A DNA stretch of 64,000 nt from an uncultured Thermoplasmatales archaeon (lineage in GTDB: Archaea > Thermoplasmatota > E2 > UBA202 > DSCA01). The stretch covers positions 1,708 to 65,707 of the forward strand of contig CAZESS010000004.1 of NCBI GenBank assembly GCA_964514975.1, in the 5' to 3' direction. Each line of letters starts with the position of its first letter. Position 1 is the stretch's first letter. Both the position numbers and the translations under genes were made by a program. Of this stretch, positions 1 through 9,544 are shown in pieces. Under the pieces are notes generated by a model. It had not been told where the DNA came from. It saw only the letters and a list, made by a program, of their open reading frames with translations, and made no database searches.

Positions 1-595
1 CTGGCGATGTCACCCTGTCAGACCTGCAGATCAACGTGGACATCGCCGATCCCGACGATGACAACGTGAAAGAAGGCATCTTGGAGGACGGCATCACGCT
101 GTCACCGGGGGGCATCCACACCACGGGCTACACCAGCCATTGGACGATTCCCTCAGACGCGGACCTGGGCACCTACACCATCACCGTAGCTCTGAAAAAC
201 ACCTCGACGACCTTTGACACCGAATACCAGATAGACAGCTTCCAGGTCACATCGAATCCCATGGCTCGGGTGAACAGCGGCACCGTTGAGCATGATGAAT
301 ATCTCCGCGGTGACTCCGTTGCGGTGTCGGTTGAGGTTGAGAACACTGGCGATGTCACCCTGTCAGACCTGCAGATCAACGTGGACATCGCCGATCCCGA
401 TGACGTCAACGTGAAAGAAACCATCCTTGAGGACGGCATCACCCTGTCTTCAGGGGAGACCTATGCCACAGGCTACACCAGCTATTGGACGATTCCTGCG
501 GATGCAGATCTGGGCACCTACACCATCACCGTAGCTCTGAAAAACGACACGACGACCTTTGACACCGAATACCAGCTAGACAGCTTCCAGGTCAC
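1..595 (+). repeat. Intragenic tandem domain repeat, 345-bp period (1-250 similar to 346-595)
   Basis: ctggcgatgtcaccctgtcagacctgcagatcaacgtggacatcgccgatcccga occurs at 1 and 346. Similarity continues to ttccaggtcac at ~250 and ~595. Confidence 0.9.
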
Positions 596-3500
596 GGCTG
601 AGGAGACACCTAACCTCTCTGCCCATCCAGTTTATCATGACTTTGGAAGCCTCGATGTTGGGGAGACAGCTAATTATGATTTCTATATCGAAAATACCGG
701 AGGCGGGACATTGTCATGGGAGGTAACCGAATCTCTTTCATGGATAAGTGTGACTCCAACTTCAGGCACAACTACTACTGAAACAGACACCATCACCGTA
801 AGTGTGGATACATCTGAGTTGACGCCGGGACAACATCATGACGGCTACATCCATATTACTTCAAACGGGGGCGATGAAGACATATATATTGAACTGGATA
901 CAAATGCTGAAAACCATCCTCCTAATAAGCCCAATACTCCCTCTGGCGATTCAGCAGGCACCGTTGACGAGCTCCTTACATTTTCAACATCTGCCACGGA
1001 TCCTGATGGTGACAACATAAAATATGGTTGGGACTGGAATGGAGACTCTATGGTTGATGTATGGACAGGATATTATTCATCGGATTCAACAGCAAGTAAA
1101 TCACATTCCTGGGCCGATGCAGGAACCTACACGGTGAAGGTAAAAGCAAAAGATGAACATGGTGCAGAGAGCGGATGGTCAAACACAAAACAGGTTAATA
1201 TTGAAGAGTCATATGTTGATATAGCTGTTTTTAGTGATGAAATAGCTTTTTCTCCTCCGAATCCGGTTGAAGGACAACCCACAATTGTATCAATACCAAT
1301 TCACAATCTGGGAACTGTACATTCGGAGGTAGTACATATTGGGTTTTGGGTCAATACAATGGTAGTGCAAAACTCGATAGATATCAGATACATAGAAGAG
1401 AATGCCGCAAAATTGTTATACGACGGAATCGCTGCAGGGGACACTGTGACGGTTTCCTTCAAATGGAATGCTACTTCCATCTGCAATGATGAAAACCACG
1501 ATTTAGAATTTCGAGTCTCCACGGACGAGGATAACAATGACGATAATGATGTAGCATTTTGCCAAAGTCCTGTTGATACATCATCCAGTTTTAACATTTG
1601 TAGAGACGGCTATCACTTTGGCAATACCGAATTTACTGACTCAGTTAAAATCTCAATTGACACTTATGCAAAATCGTTGTTGGATGACATTAATTGCCCC
1701 AGTTGGCTGGAATCAATCATATTAGAGCAAATAGAGCAAGTAGGCAAAAAAATAATTGGTTTTTGCTATGGCATGTCCGCTACCAGCATACTTTATAACA
1801 AGAATATAATACCTTCTCCCGAAAATGAAGTAACCTTTCATCTAGAGATAGATAACCCGACGGTAAGAGAGAATATCATTCAGTATCAAATACTTCAAAT
1901 TGTTGACTACATATTTTATGATTCACAAAACGATAACAACAAGGAGGAATGTGCCAGGAGTGTTTTTGAGAAAATAGAAGAGGGTGCACCCATAATTTTG
2001 GGCTACCAGAACGAACCCCCGGGTCATGCGGTTGTAGCCTACAATACATTTGAAGTGAATGAAGATATTGGTCATGTAGTTTGTTACGACAATAACGAAC
2101 CAGGTGTATCACGAATCATGGTTTTCAATTTTACAGAGAATACAATTTATTGGCTGCATGATGCTGAAGAAAGATACCGCGATTTTTATGCATTGGCTCC
2201 AGTGTCAGTGTATAGCGCAAAAATAGATTTATGGTTGCAGAATTCCATACAGCAATATATTAACAATTTTGTCCCGCATTTGTATGATGGCGTTAAAAAG
2301 TTAGTATCATTTAACTGCCCGGTAAATGTCACCATTACTGATGCTTACGGAAGGGTTATAAACGAGATGTTAAACGAGATACCAAATGCAACATATAGAA
2401 AAATTGGTGAAGGCAAATACTTTTACTTACCCATGAATATGAATTATAGCATATTCATAGAAGGATATGGTAGTGGCGACTTTACAGTAACACAGATCAC
2501 CCCTATAACCAATAAAACTGCCTCCGTAAACAGCATTGTAAACGTATCTTTATCCAATCAAACAGAGGGATCTATTAATCTCGGAGTCGGGGATACAAAT
2601 TACTGTCTAAACATGGATTATGATGGGGATAACATGACAGATGAGTTGCTATTTCCCTCAACAAATGAAACCATAGAAGTAAATGAGAATCCAATTGCTT
2701 CCTTTGAATATTTCCCCAGTAATCCGGTTGCCCATAAAGATATTGCCTTTAACGCGACAGACTCATATGATCCTGACGGTACACTTGTTAATTGGACCTG
2801 GGATTTTGGGGATGGCAACATGAGTTATGAACCACATCCAACTCACCACTATCCAGATGCTGGTGTATACAACATCACTTTAACAGTAACAGATAATAAT
2901 GGCGCAACTAATTATACAACCAAGCAAATAGTTGTACAGTCTGCTGGCCCCCTTTCATCTGTTTACGTCGACGATGATTATAATTCTTCTACTAATGGCT
3001 GGGGTTATGACCACTTTGACCGCATACAGGATGCGGTAGACGCTGTAGAAGAAAATGGGACTGTACATGTAAAAAACGGGATCTACTACGAGAATGTGGC
3101 GATAAACAAATCAATCACACTTATGGGCAATAACAGAAGCACCACCATTATCGATGGTGGTGGCAGCGGAGATGTTATTAACGTGTCCGCTGACAGCGTA
3201 TCAATTTCTTTATTAACTGTGCGAAACAGCGGAGCAGAATGGTATGATGCAGGGATAAAAATCAAATGGGGCCAGAACTGCCGCATTGAAAATATCATTC
3301 TTATCAACAACAGTTGGGATGGAATCGGAGTGTATCATAGTAACAATACTATCATAACAAACAACATTTTTATCAATAATGCTTACGGTATTGAGCTATA
3401 TTATTGTAACAACAGCACTATTGGCTACAATAATTTGAAAGACCACATAGCTGGTATTGACCTTCATTCTTCTAGCAATGCAAATATCACCAGCAATATT

Positions 3501-6275
3501 GTTACCAACAGCGAGTACGGAGCCATCTCTCTGCGTTCTTCGAGCGACTGCATCATTACTGGCAATACTATGGTGAAGAATGGTATTACTGTGAGAGGTG
3601 ACTTGGTTAGCTGGACCACCCACACCATAGATACATCCAATACAATTAACAGTAAACCAGTAGTCTACTGGAAAAACGTAAACGGTGGTACCATTCCAAC
3701 AGGGGCAGGACAGATTATCCTAGCTAATTGCACGAATGTGAGAATAGAAGATCAAGAAGTGAACAATGGCACTGCTGGGATAGAACTCGGCTTTTTAACT
3801 AACTGCACGATTACAAATAATTCGGTTAGCAACAACACCTACGGTATTCGCTTATCTTCTTCTAGCGGCTGCACTATCATTGATAACAAGGTTAACAAAA
3901 ACAGGCTGGATAGCATCTATTTAGAATCTTCAACCAGTTGTAGCCTAATCAACAATATAATTAACGACAGCGGATATGGCATATGGCTGGATGGCTCCCA
4001 TGCAAACACTTTCATCGGTAATATTATCAGCAATAATTACTATGGAATCCACTCATCATACTCCAATAACAACAATGTCACGAGCAATAATGCTTCTAAC
4101 AATAGAGATGGAATCTTTCTTTTCCATTCTAATAATGTTATTATCGTTAATAATACCATCAGTGACAACAATCATGTTGGTATCTTTCTAGATTGTTCTG
4201 GTAACTGTACCATCCAATATAACACTATTTCGGACAATTATAATCATGGAATTTTTAATGACAATTCCAGTTCTGAATACGCAACTGATGCCCCTTATAA
4301 CTGGTGGGACACCTCTGCTGGCCCTTATCAACCTGATTTGAATCCTAATGGCACTGGTGATAATGTCAGCGACAATGTTGTCTTCGAGCCATGGCTGACC
4401 GCTCCAGTGAAAGGTTTCAAAGAGGCGACATTGGAAAAGGGTGAGCAGGAGATTGATGCTACTGGAGAGGCAGATATTTCCGTCACAGTGAACGCCACGC
4501 AGAATAACAGCATCAGAATAATATCCTATGAGGGGCCCCCTGTTAACGAGTCAGATGTGGTCAAGTCCGTGGGGAAAAATGTTGAGGTCGAGGTGGAGAA
4601 CACCAGCAACGTCAAATGGCCTATCAACCTCAAAATCTACTACACACAAGCGGACATAGACAAGCGGAGCCTTACTGAGAATCAACTCATGGGTATCTAC
4701 TTCTACAACGAAACCAGCGAGACATGGGAACTCTACAATGACACGGGCGTCAACACCACCGACATAACCAAGAGCGGCAAACAGTATGCGGGCTATGCAT
4801 GGGCCAATGCATGGCATCTCACCAAACTCACCGTCGCAGGCGACAACCAGCCACCCGCTATCACCGATGTGGCTGCCACGCCAGAGACACAGCAGCAGGG
4901 CGGCATGGTCAACATCACCTGCACCGTCATAGACAACATTGGTGTTGATACGGTCATGGCCAACATCACGTATCCAGATAGCAGCACAAGTAGCCTAATG
5001 ATGTCAAAGGTTGCTGGGACAGATACCTACTATTATGAGACAACGTACTCTATGGCCGGCGATTATCAGTTCCATGTCTGGGCGAACGACAGCAAAGACA
5101 ACATGAACACATCGACAGAGCAAACCTTTACAATATCCTTGCCACAGTACACACTCTCCACATCGGTTGACCCGTCGGGCTCTGGTTCTATATCTCTGAG
5201 TCCTTCTGACGGCACTTACGATGAGGGTACATTGGTCACTGTGACGGCTAACCCGTCCTCAGGATATGAGTTTGACCACTGGAACGGTGACGGCACGGGC
5301 AGCACCACATCCATTGATATCACCATGGATAGCGACAAAACCGTGACGGCTCACTTCACTGAAATCGTTGAGCGGTACACGCTCACCACATCGGTTGACC
5401 CATCTGGTGGTGGCACGGTATCTCTCAGTCCCTCTGGCGGTACTTACGATGAGGGCACAACGGTCACCGTGACGGCATCAGCATCATCTGGCTACGTGTT
5501 TGACCATTGGAGCGGCGACGCAGGTGGCAGCAGCACGTCCATCGACGTCACCATGAACAACGATAAGAGCATTGTCGCTCATTTTACTGCCGTGAACCAG
5601 CCTCCCTCGGTCTCCCTCGCTTCTCCGACTGACGGCAGCATCGTCAATGGTACAGTCACGGTCTCGGGTACGGCCAGCGATAGCGATGGCAATGTGCAGA
5701 GCGTAGAAGTTAGGATTGATGATGGTTCATGGCAGGCGGCGATTGGAACAGAGAGTTGGACATACAGTTGGGATACCACCGATGTAAATAACGGCAATCA
5801 CACCATCAAAGCCCGGAGTTATGATGGCGAAGACTACTCGGATGTTGCTTCGGTCAACATCAAGGTGTTCAACAATCATCCGCCCTCGGTATCGATTACA
5901 TCGCCGGAGGACGGGGCAACGGTCAACGGTACCGTGGTAGTCAACGGGACGGCAAGCGATGAGGATGGTGGTGAGCCTGCGTTAAACGATACATTCAACA
6001 ACAGGGTGGAGGTGCGGATTGGCGATGGCAATTGGATGACCGCTATCGAGGACTGGATGCATGTCAGCAACACCACGGTCACGGCATGGACGTATACATG
6101 GAACACCACAGAAATGAAGGATGGAGACTACACGGTAGACGTCAGGGCCTATGACGGAATCAACTACTCGAACATCGAATCCATCACTGTCACCATAGAC
6201 AACGAAAAAGAAGGGGTGGTGACACGGCTGGCTTCGAGTTCGTGCTGCTGCTCGCCGCTGCCTTCATCGCCCTAA
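3..6275 (+). CDS. Giant multidomain surface protein, 5'-truncated by the window. Domains: Ig/CARDB-like repeats, BACON-like, PKD, putative papain-fold peptidase, NosD/CASH beta-helix, InlB-B-like repeats, Ig-like. C-terminal anchor is out of frame
   Basis: The frame is open from the window start. PKD motif WTWDFGDG..PTHHY..G.Y.ITLTVTDN; Asn-rich GIxL beta-helix repeats; two GYxFDHWxGD repeats; two Ig-like 'VSGTASD' domains; many N-x-S/T sequons. Confidence 0.85.
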   Translation, partial: GDVTLSDLQINVDIADPDDDNVKEGILEDGITLSPGGIHTTGYTSHWTIPSDADLGTYTITVALKNTSTTFDTEYQIDSFQVTSNPMARVNSGTVEHDEYLRGDSVAVSVEVENTGDVTLSDLQINVDIADPDDVNVKETILEDGITLSSGETYATGYTSYWTIPADADLGTYTITVALKNDTTTFDTEYQLDSFQVTAEETPNLSAHPVYHDFGSLDVGETANYDFYIENTGGGTLSWEVTESLSWISVTPTSGTTTTETDTITVSVDTSELTPGQHHDGYIHITSNGGDEDIYIELDTNAENHPPNKPNTPSGDSAGTVDELLTFSTSATDPDGDNIKYGWDWNGDSMVDVWTGYYSSDSTASKSHSWADAGTYTVKVKAKDEHGAESGWSNTKQVNIEESYVDIAVFSDEIAFSPPNPVEGQPTIVSIPIHNLGTVHSEVVHIGFWVNTMVVQNSIDIRYIEENAAKLLYDGIAAGDTVTVSFKWNATSICNDENHDLEFRVSTDEDNNDDNDVAFCQSPVDTSSSFNICRDGYHFGNTEFTDSVKISIDTYAKSLLDDINCPSWLESIILEQIEQVGKKIIGFCYGMSATSILYNKNIIPSPENEVTFHLEIDNPTVRENIIQYQILQIVDYIFYDSQNDNNKEECARSVFEKIEEGAPIILGYQNEPPGHAVVAYNTFEVNEDIGHVVCYDNNEPGVSRIMVFNFTENTIYWLHDAEERYRDFYALAPVSVYSAKIDLWLQNSIQQYINNFVPHLYDGVKKLVSFNCPVNVTITDAYGRVINEMLNEIPNATYRKIGEGKYFYLPMNMNYSIFIEGYGSGDFTVTQITPITNKTASVNSIVNVSLSNQTEGSINLGVGDTNYCLNMDYDGDNMTDELLFPSTNETIEVNENPIASFEYFPSNPVAHKDIAFNATDSYDPDGTLVNWTWDFGDGNMSYEPHPTHHYPDAGVYNITLTVTDNNGATNYTTKQIVVQSAGPLSSVYVDDDYNSSTNGWGYDHFDRIQDAVDAVEENGTVHVKNGIYYENVAINKSITLMGNNRSTTIIDGGGSGDVINVSADSVSISLLTVRNSGAEWYDAGIKIKWGQNCRIENIILINNSWDGIGVYHSNNTIITNNIFINNAYGIELYYCNNSTIGYNNLKDHIAGIDLHSSSNANITSNIVTNSEYGAISLRSSSDCIITGNTMVKNGITVRGDLVSWTTHTIDTSNTINSKPVVYWKNVNGGTIPTGAGQIILANCTNVRIEDQEVNNGTAGIELGFLTNCTITNNSVSNNTYGIRLSSSSGCTIIDNKVNKNRLDSIYLESSTSCSLINNIINDSGYGIWLDGSHANTFIGNIISNNYYGIHSSYSNNNNVTSNNASNNRDGIFLFHSNNVIIVNNTISDNNHVGIFLDCSGNCTIQYNTISDNYNHGIFNDNSSSEYATDAPYNWWDTSAGPYQPDLNPNGTGDNVSDNVVFEPWLTAPVKGFKEATLEKGEQEIDATGEADISVTVNATQNNSIRIISYEGPPVNESDVVKSVGKNVEVEVENTSNVKWPINLKIYYTQADIDKRSLTENQLMGIYFYNETSETWELYNDTGVNTTDITKSGKQYAGYAWANAWHLTKLTVAGDNQPPAITDVAATPETQQQGGMVNITCTVIDNIGVDTVMANITYPDSSTSSLMMSKVAGTDTYYYETTYSMAGDYQFHVWANDSKDNMNTSTEQTFTISLPQYTLSTSVDPSGSGSISLSPSDGTYDEGTLVTVTANPSSGYEFDHWNGDGTGSTTSIDITMDSDKTVTAHFTEIVERYTLTTSVDPSGGGTVSLSPSGGTYDEGTTVTVTASASSGYVFDHWSGDAGGSSTSIDVTMNNDKSIVAHFTAVNQPPSVSLASPTDGSIVNGTVTVSGTASDSDGNVQSVEVRIDDGSWQAAIGTESWTYSWDTTDVNNGNHTIKARSYDGEDYSDVASVNIKVFNNHPPSVSITSPEDGATVNGTVVVNGTASDEDGGEPALNDTFNNRVEVRIGDGNWMTAIEDWMHVSNTTVTAWTYTWNTTEMKDGDYTVDVRAYDGINYSNIESITVTIDNEKEGVVTRLASSSCCCSPLPSSP

Positions 6276-6353
6276 CTGTGCTGCATAGAAAACGTAAATC
6301 AGCAAATTAACCTTATCCTATCAGATATATTTAAAGTATGCCAGTAAAGAGAG

Positions 6354-6406
6354 GTTCAAATCCCTCCCTCAGCAACACCAATCTCAGGAGTTCAAATCCC
6401 TCCCTC
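6354..6406 (+). repeat. Two 17-bp direct repeats resembling a tRNA T-loop/3' end (att-site-like remnants)
   Basis: gttcaaatccctccctc at 6354-6370 and 6390-6406. The first 15 nt match the tRNA-Leu at 13054-13068. Confidence 0.7.
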
Positions 6407-6816
6407 TAGATAAAAGGCAACGACAGGTGGAGCATTCCCCAGCCCGTAAAGGGAAACCGAAAAATTTTCTGAGTGAATATATTGAAAGGTGGCAGGATCA
6501 ATTTTAAGCGGTCTTACACCTGGCTGGAATACTGAAGATGCTATTCTGTTTTTTTTTTGTCGAGAATGATCTTTGGGGTGCTCCATGGCTGCTGCCAGGA
6601 ATTTTGGCTAAAATCTCGAAATTCCAATCCCCGCATCCACATATATATTATAATATATAAATTAAGGTTCTGAAAAAAATTTTTAAAAATTCTCTGCTGA
6701 CAGAAGGAAACACCGCTGAAACGAACGTCGACATATGCAATATTGCTCTGTGGATTTTACGACGCTGCAACAATTGTGTCAAAGATTTCTCTGTCTCGAT
6801 GCTCTAGGATGGGGCT

Positions 6817-6878
6817 GTGTGGTATAACACTGGCCGTCCATCTCGGTGTTATGTAACACTGCATGTGTTATCTCACAC
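6817..6878. promoter_or_regulatory. Three imperfect 14-bp palindromes GTGT-N6-ACAC (putative operator/iteron sites)
   Basis: gtgtggtataacac 6817-6830, gtgttatgtaacac 6846-6859, gtgttatctcacac 6865-6878, within an ORF-poor stretch with A/T tracts. Confidence 0.5.
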
Positions 6879-7010
6879 AGCGTCCAAAAAAATTTTAAAA
6901 AAAGGTAGAGGTTCCTCGTCGTGATGGTGCCACCGTCTGTTATTGTGGAAAAATTTTTGGTTCTCGTGTGGACTGGATGTCCTATCTGTCTACGGTAGTA
7001 TGTCAGGGTT

Positions 7011-7355
7011 TTAGGTGCTGTAGTGTCGCTCGGCTGTCTCTCGTTTCATTATCTGGAGGTAGCCATTACCATTGGTGACCGTTAGATTTTTTTGCTGGAT
7101 GCGGCGCCAGCCCTCTTCGAAGCTGAGGTGGTCGAGCTCAGGATACTGGTCCATGTGTCCTTTCAGGATGATACGGATGTAACCCCGTCGTGTTGTTGCA
7201 CACGTCAACTCTTTTGCGCGCATAATCTTGTTGACTTCTTGTTTGTCGGCGATATGGGTCATCGGCTGGTAGGTGAAACGTTTCCCGCAGCGTGGACAGC
7301 GTACCTGCAGGCTGCCTCTAGTCATGGTGGTTGCACGTTGTTTTATCGTTGTCAA
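7011..7355 (-). CDS. Small basic hypothetical protein with a CxxC (CPRCG) zinc-knuckle
   Basis: 114-aa ORF containing VRCPRCGKRF. The true start may be the Met at ~7325, overlapping the upstream ORF. Confidence 0.5.
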   Translation of the reverse strand: MTTIKQRATTMTRGSLQVRCPRCGKRFTYQPMTHIADKQEVNKIMRAKELTCATTRRGYIRIILKGHMDQYPELDHLSFEEGWRRIQQKNLTVTNGNGYLQIMKRETAERHYST

Positions 7356-7581
7356 CGGTTACCAGCACCGGCTGGTCGGGAATATCGGTTCTGAGGATTC
7401 CGATGTGTTGTCCTTTGACGTCTGAGGAAAGTGCTTGGAACAGAAGGTGGGAGCATTTCTTGGGCAGCAGGATGGTAAATGATGCGAAGTGGACCGCTAT
7501 GGAGTGAGGGGTTTCCTCCAGGTGGTCGAAGGTGCCAACTGCTTCTTCATAGGAGCCCAGCATGGGTGCATGTTGATCCAT
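7318..7581 (-). CDS. Small hypothetical protein (mobile-element-like)
   Basis: 87-aa ATG-started ORF with gaggga upstream, in tandem with 7011-7355 and divergent from 7727. Confidence 0.5.
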   Translation of the reverse strand: MDQHAPMLGSYEEAVGTFDHLEETPHSIAVHFASFTILLPKKCSHLLFQALSSDVKGQHIGILRTDIPDQPVLVTVDNDKTTCNHHD

Positions 7582-7726
7582 GGATGCCTATCTCCCTCGT
7601 GGTTATCATTTGTCGTATTGGAGCAAGAAGCTCACTCCAGAATCCAGTTCTTCTTCCGTTCATCACGCTGCCAGTCTGGAGTTACATTGGAGTAAAAACT
7701 ATATTACGGCAAAAAGATAATACGAT

Positions 7727-8791
7727 ATGGAACAGCGTCGGACGGAAAAGATTAAACAAATCCTGCGGTATGGCCCCACCACATGGACCGGGCTCCAGAC
7801 ATTCTCCGATATATTTGACAATAAATTTAGTTCGGGCACCCTCAACCGGGGGTTGAAGGCTCTAGAACAGCGAGGAGAGGTCATCAAAATGGAGACCACG
7901 GGCTGGTATATATTGTCGGATCATGTTGAGGGGCTGAAGGACGCTGTGGATGCGGACCTGTCCATCTACCACTGCATAAAAGATCATACCAGGTGGCTGC
8001 AAGATATCTTTCCCGTCGTCCGACAACAGATATTGGATGCGGATGTGCTGTCACGGTATCCTCAATCTATTCAACCTGGCGATGTGAAATGCAGGGACGA
8101 AGCCGACAGGATACGTTTACGGGATCTTTCCCAGCATGTCCCCGCGTTTATCACAAAACTGGAACACTATAAGAAGAAGTTACATGAGCTACAAGAGTTG
8201 GGAACAACAGTGATCAATCGGCTGACTGACGAGATACACAGCCGACTAGATGCAATAATGGCCACCAAGGGCGGTGAAAAGGCAGTTGGCTTCAGTGAAT
8301 GGAACATGGAACGGGATTTTTCAGAGGCGGTCGTCAAGTCGTTGTCCAAGATTGAGGACTGCCAGCGGAGTGTGGATTCGCAGCAACTGCTCGAAAGATA
8401 TCAGGCGGAGTTTGAGCGGCTCCGCGCCATGGACGGCTCCATCAAGCAGCGTGACGATGGTGAGGTGGTATTTTCTCTCAGGCCTGATCCTCGGACCGGG
8501 CCATTACTTGATAGGCATGTTATCCATATGGTATCTTTTTCATCGATGCCGGACGACCGGTTCGCTGTGGAGGATCGTCTCAACCGGTTTAAGGAAGAGT
8601 TTTTAAACGAGCTCTGTGACCGGCAGGATATCACGGAAAACATCATCCATTATCTTGAGCTGTTTGATGAGTTGGAGAAGTTGACTGGTGACATCAGGCG
8701 GCGGTCGGTTGAGCTGGAGAACTACCACATGCTGCCAGGGATATGTGGGGAGCTTGATGAGCGGATACAGATGATGAAAGCATACTCATGA
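7727..8791 (+). CDS. Hypothetical protein with an N-terminal winged-helix DNA-binding domain and a helical C-terminal region
   Basis: The N-terminus (KIKQILRYGPTTWTGL...SSGTLNRGLKALEQRGEVIK...GWYIL) fits a wHTH pattern. The remainder is charged and helical. Confidence 0.65.
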   Translation: MEQRRTEKIKQILRYGPTTWTGLQTFSDIFDNKFSSGTLNRGLKALEQRGEVIKMETTGWYILSDHVEGLKDAVDADLSIYHCIKDHTRWLQDIFPVVRQQILDADVLSRYPQSIQPGDVKCRDEADRIRLRDLSQHVPAFITKLEHYKKKLHELQELGTTVINRLTDEIHSRLDAIMATKGGEKAVGFSEWNMERDFSEAVVKSLSKIEDCQRSVDSQQLLERYQAEFERLRAMDGSIKQRDDGEVVFSLRPDPRTGPLLDRHVIHMVSFSSMPDDRFAVEDRLNRFKEEFLNELCDRQDITENIIHYLELFDELEKLTGDIRRRSVELENYHMLPGICGELDERIQMMKAYS

Positions 8792-9058
8792 GTTGTCCAC
8801 AATGAAGGCAAAGGTGAAACGGGACGGTACAATTGATGTACCCATATCTATTTATGGATGAAAAGATATGCATTGTAGGGGATCTGCGGTCGCCATCACC
8901 AGCATAAAGTTTACTAGTAAACTCGTGCGCAAATCCCGGCGCCCGCATTCTCCATCATTTTTGTATTGCTGTCTGTATCGCTGGCAGGACGGGAGCCAAA
9001 AATATTTAACCACTACTGGTTGAGGATACCGGCATATGATTAGTATGGCCGCGGGGGC

Positions 9059-9415
9059 GATGTCTACCACGAATGGCAGAGGTATAGCTGTCCTTTTCTG
9101 TATGATATGCATGTTTCTCTTTACCATCCCTACATGCATGGCGGCGTGTTCCATGGCCGCTGCAGCGCCTCCGGATGTGGATGAACAGGGAGATACCAGA
9201 ACTCCTCTGTCGGTGTGGTCCGAGCGAGCGAAATGCGTTGCTTCCGGGGGACCAGAGGTGGATGGTTCGGCATCTCCGTTGCCGTTGACAACGGCTCCGC
9301 CATCGTCGGGGCATACTGTGACGACAACGACAACGGCGTAAACGCCGGGTCGGTGTATGTCCTCCATCATACTGCCGGGGGCTGGATGCAGGAGGCAATG
9401 CTCACCGCCGTTCGG
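9059..9415 (+). pseudogene. Remnant of a secreted FG-GAP repeat (beta-propeller) protein
   Basis: A signal-peptide-like start in one frame (IAVLFCMICMFLFTIP...WSERAKCVASG) continues after a frameshift near 9245-9250 with WFGISVAVDNGSAIVGAYCDD...NAGSVYVL...WMQEAMLTA. That is one FG-GAP repeat; the sequence then degenerates. Confidence 0.65.
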
Positions 9416-9544
9416 GTTTGCCATCACCCAGGGTATGGGCGTGTTCGTGTATGTCACAGAGCCCGGGGTATGGGATGGCGAGGGATAGAGAAGTACGGGC
9501 GAAAAAGCCAAAAATGAATTATAATCCAATCCGGATGTCATTTC

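Noticed and set aside
1-595. Repeat pairs (also 53322-53694 and 57796-58222) as DGR template/variable regions
   Set aside because: No reverse transcriptase in the window, differences are not adenine-specific, and all copies are in-frame domain duplications.
6354-6406. Possible mini-CRISPR array
   Set aside because: Only two 17-bp repeats with a 19-bp gap, the sequence resembles a tRNA T-arm, and no cas genes are present.
6615-6640. Third tRNA-end remnant (ttccaatccccgcatcca)
   Set aside because: Too degenerate to distinguish from chance.
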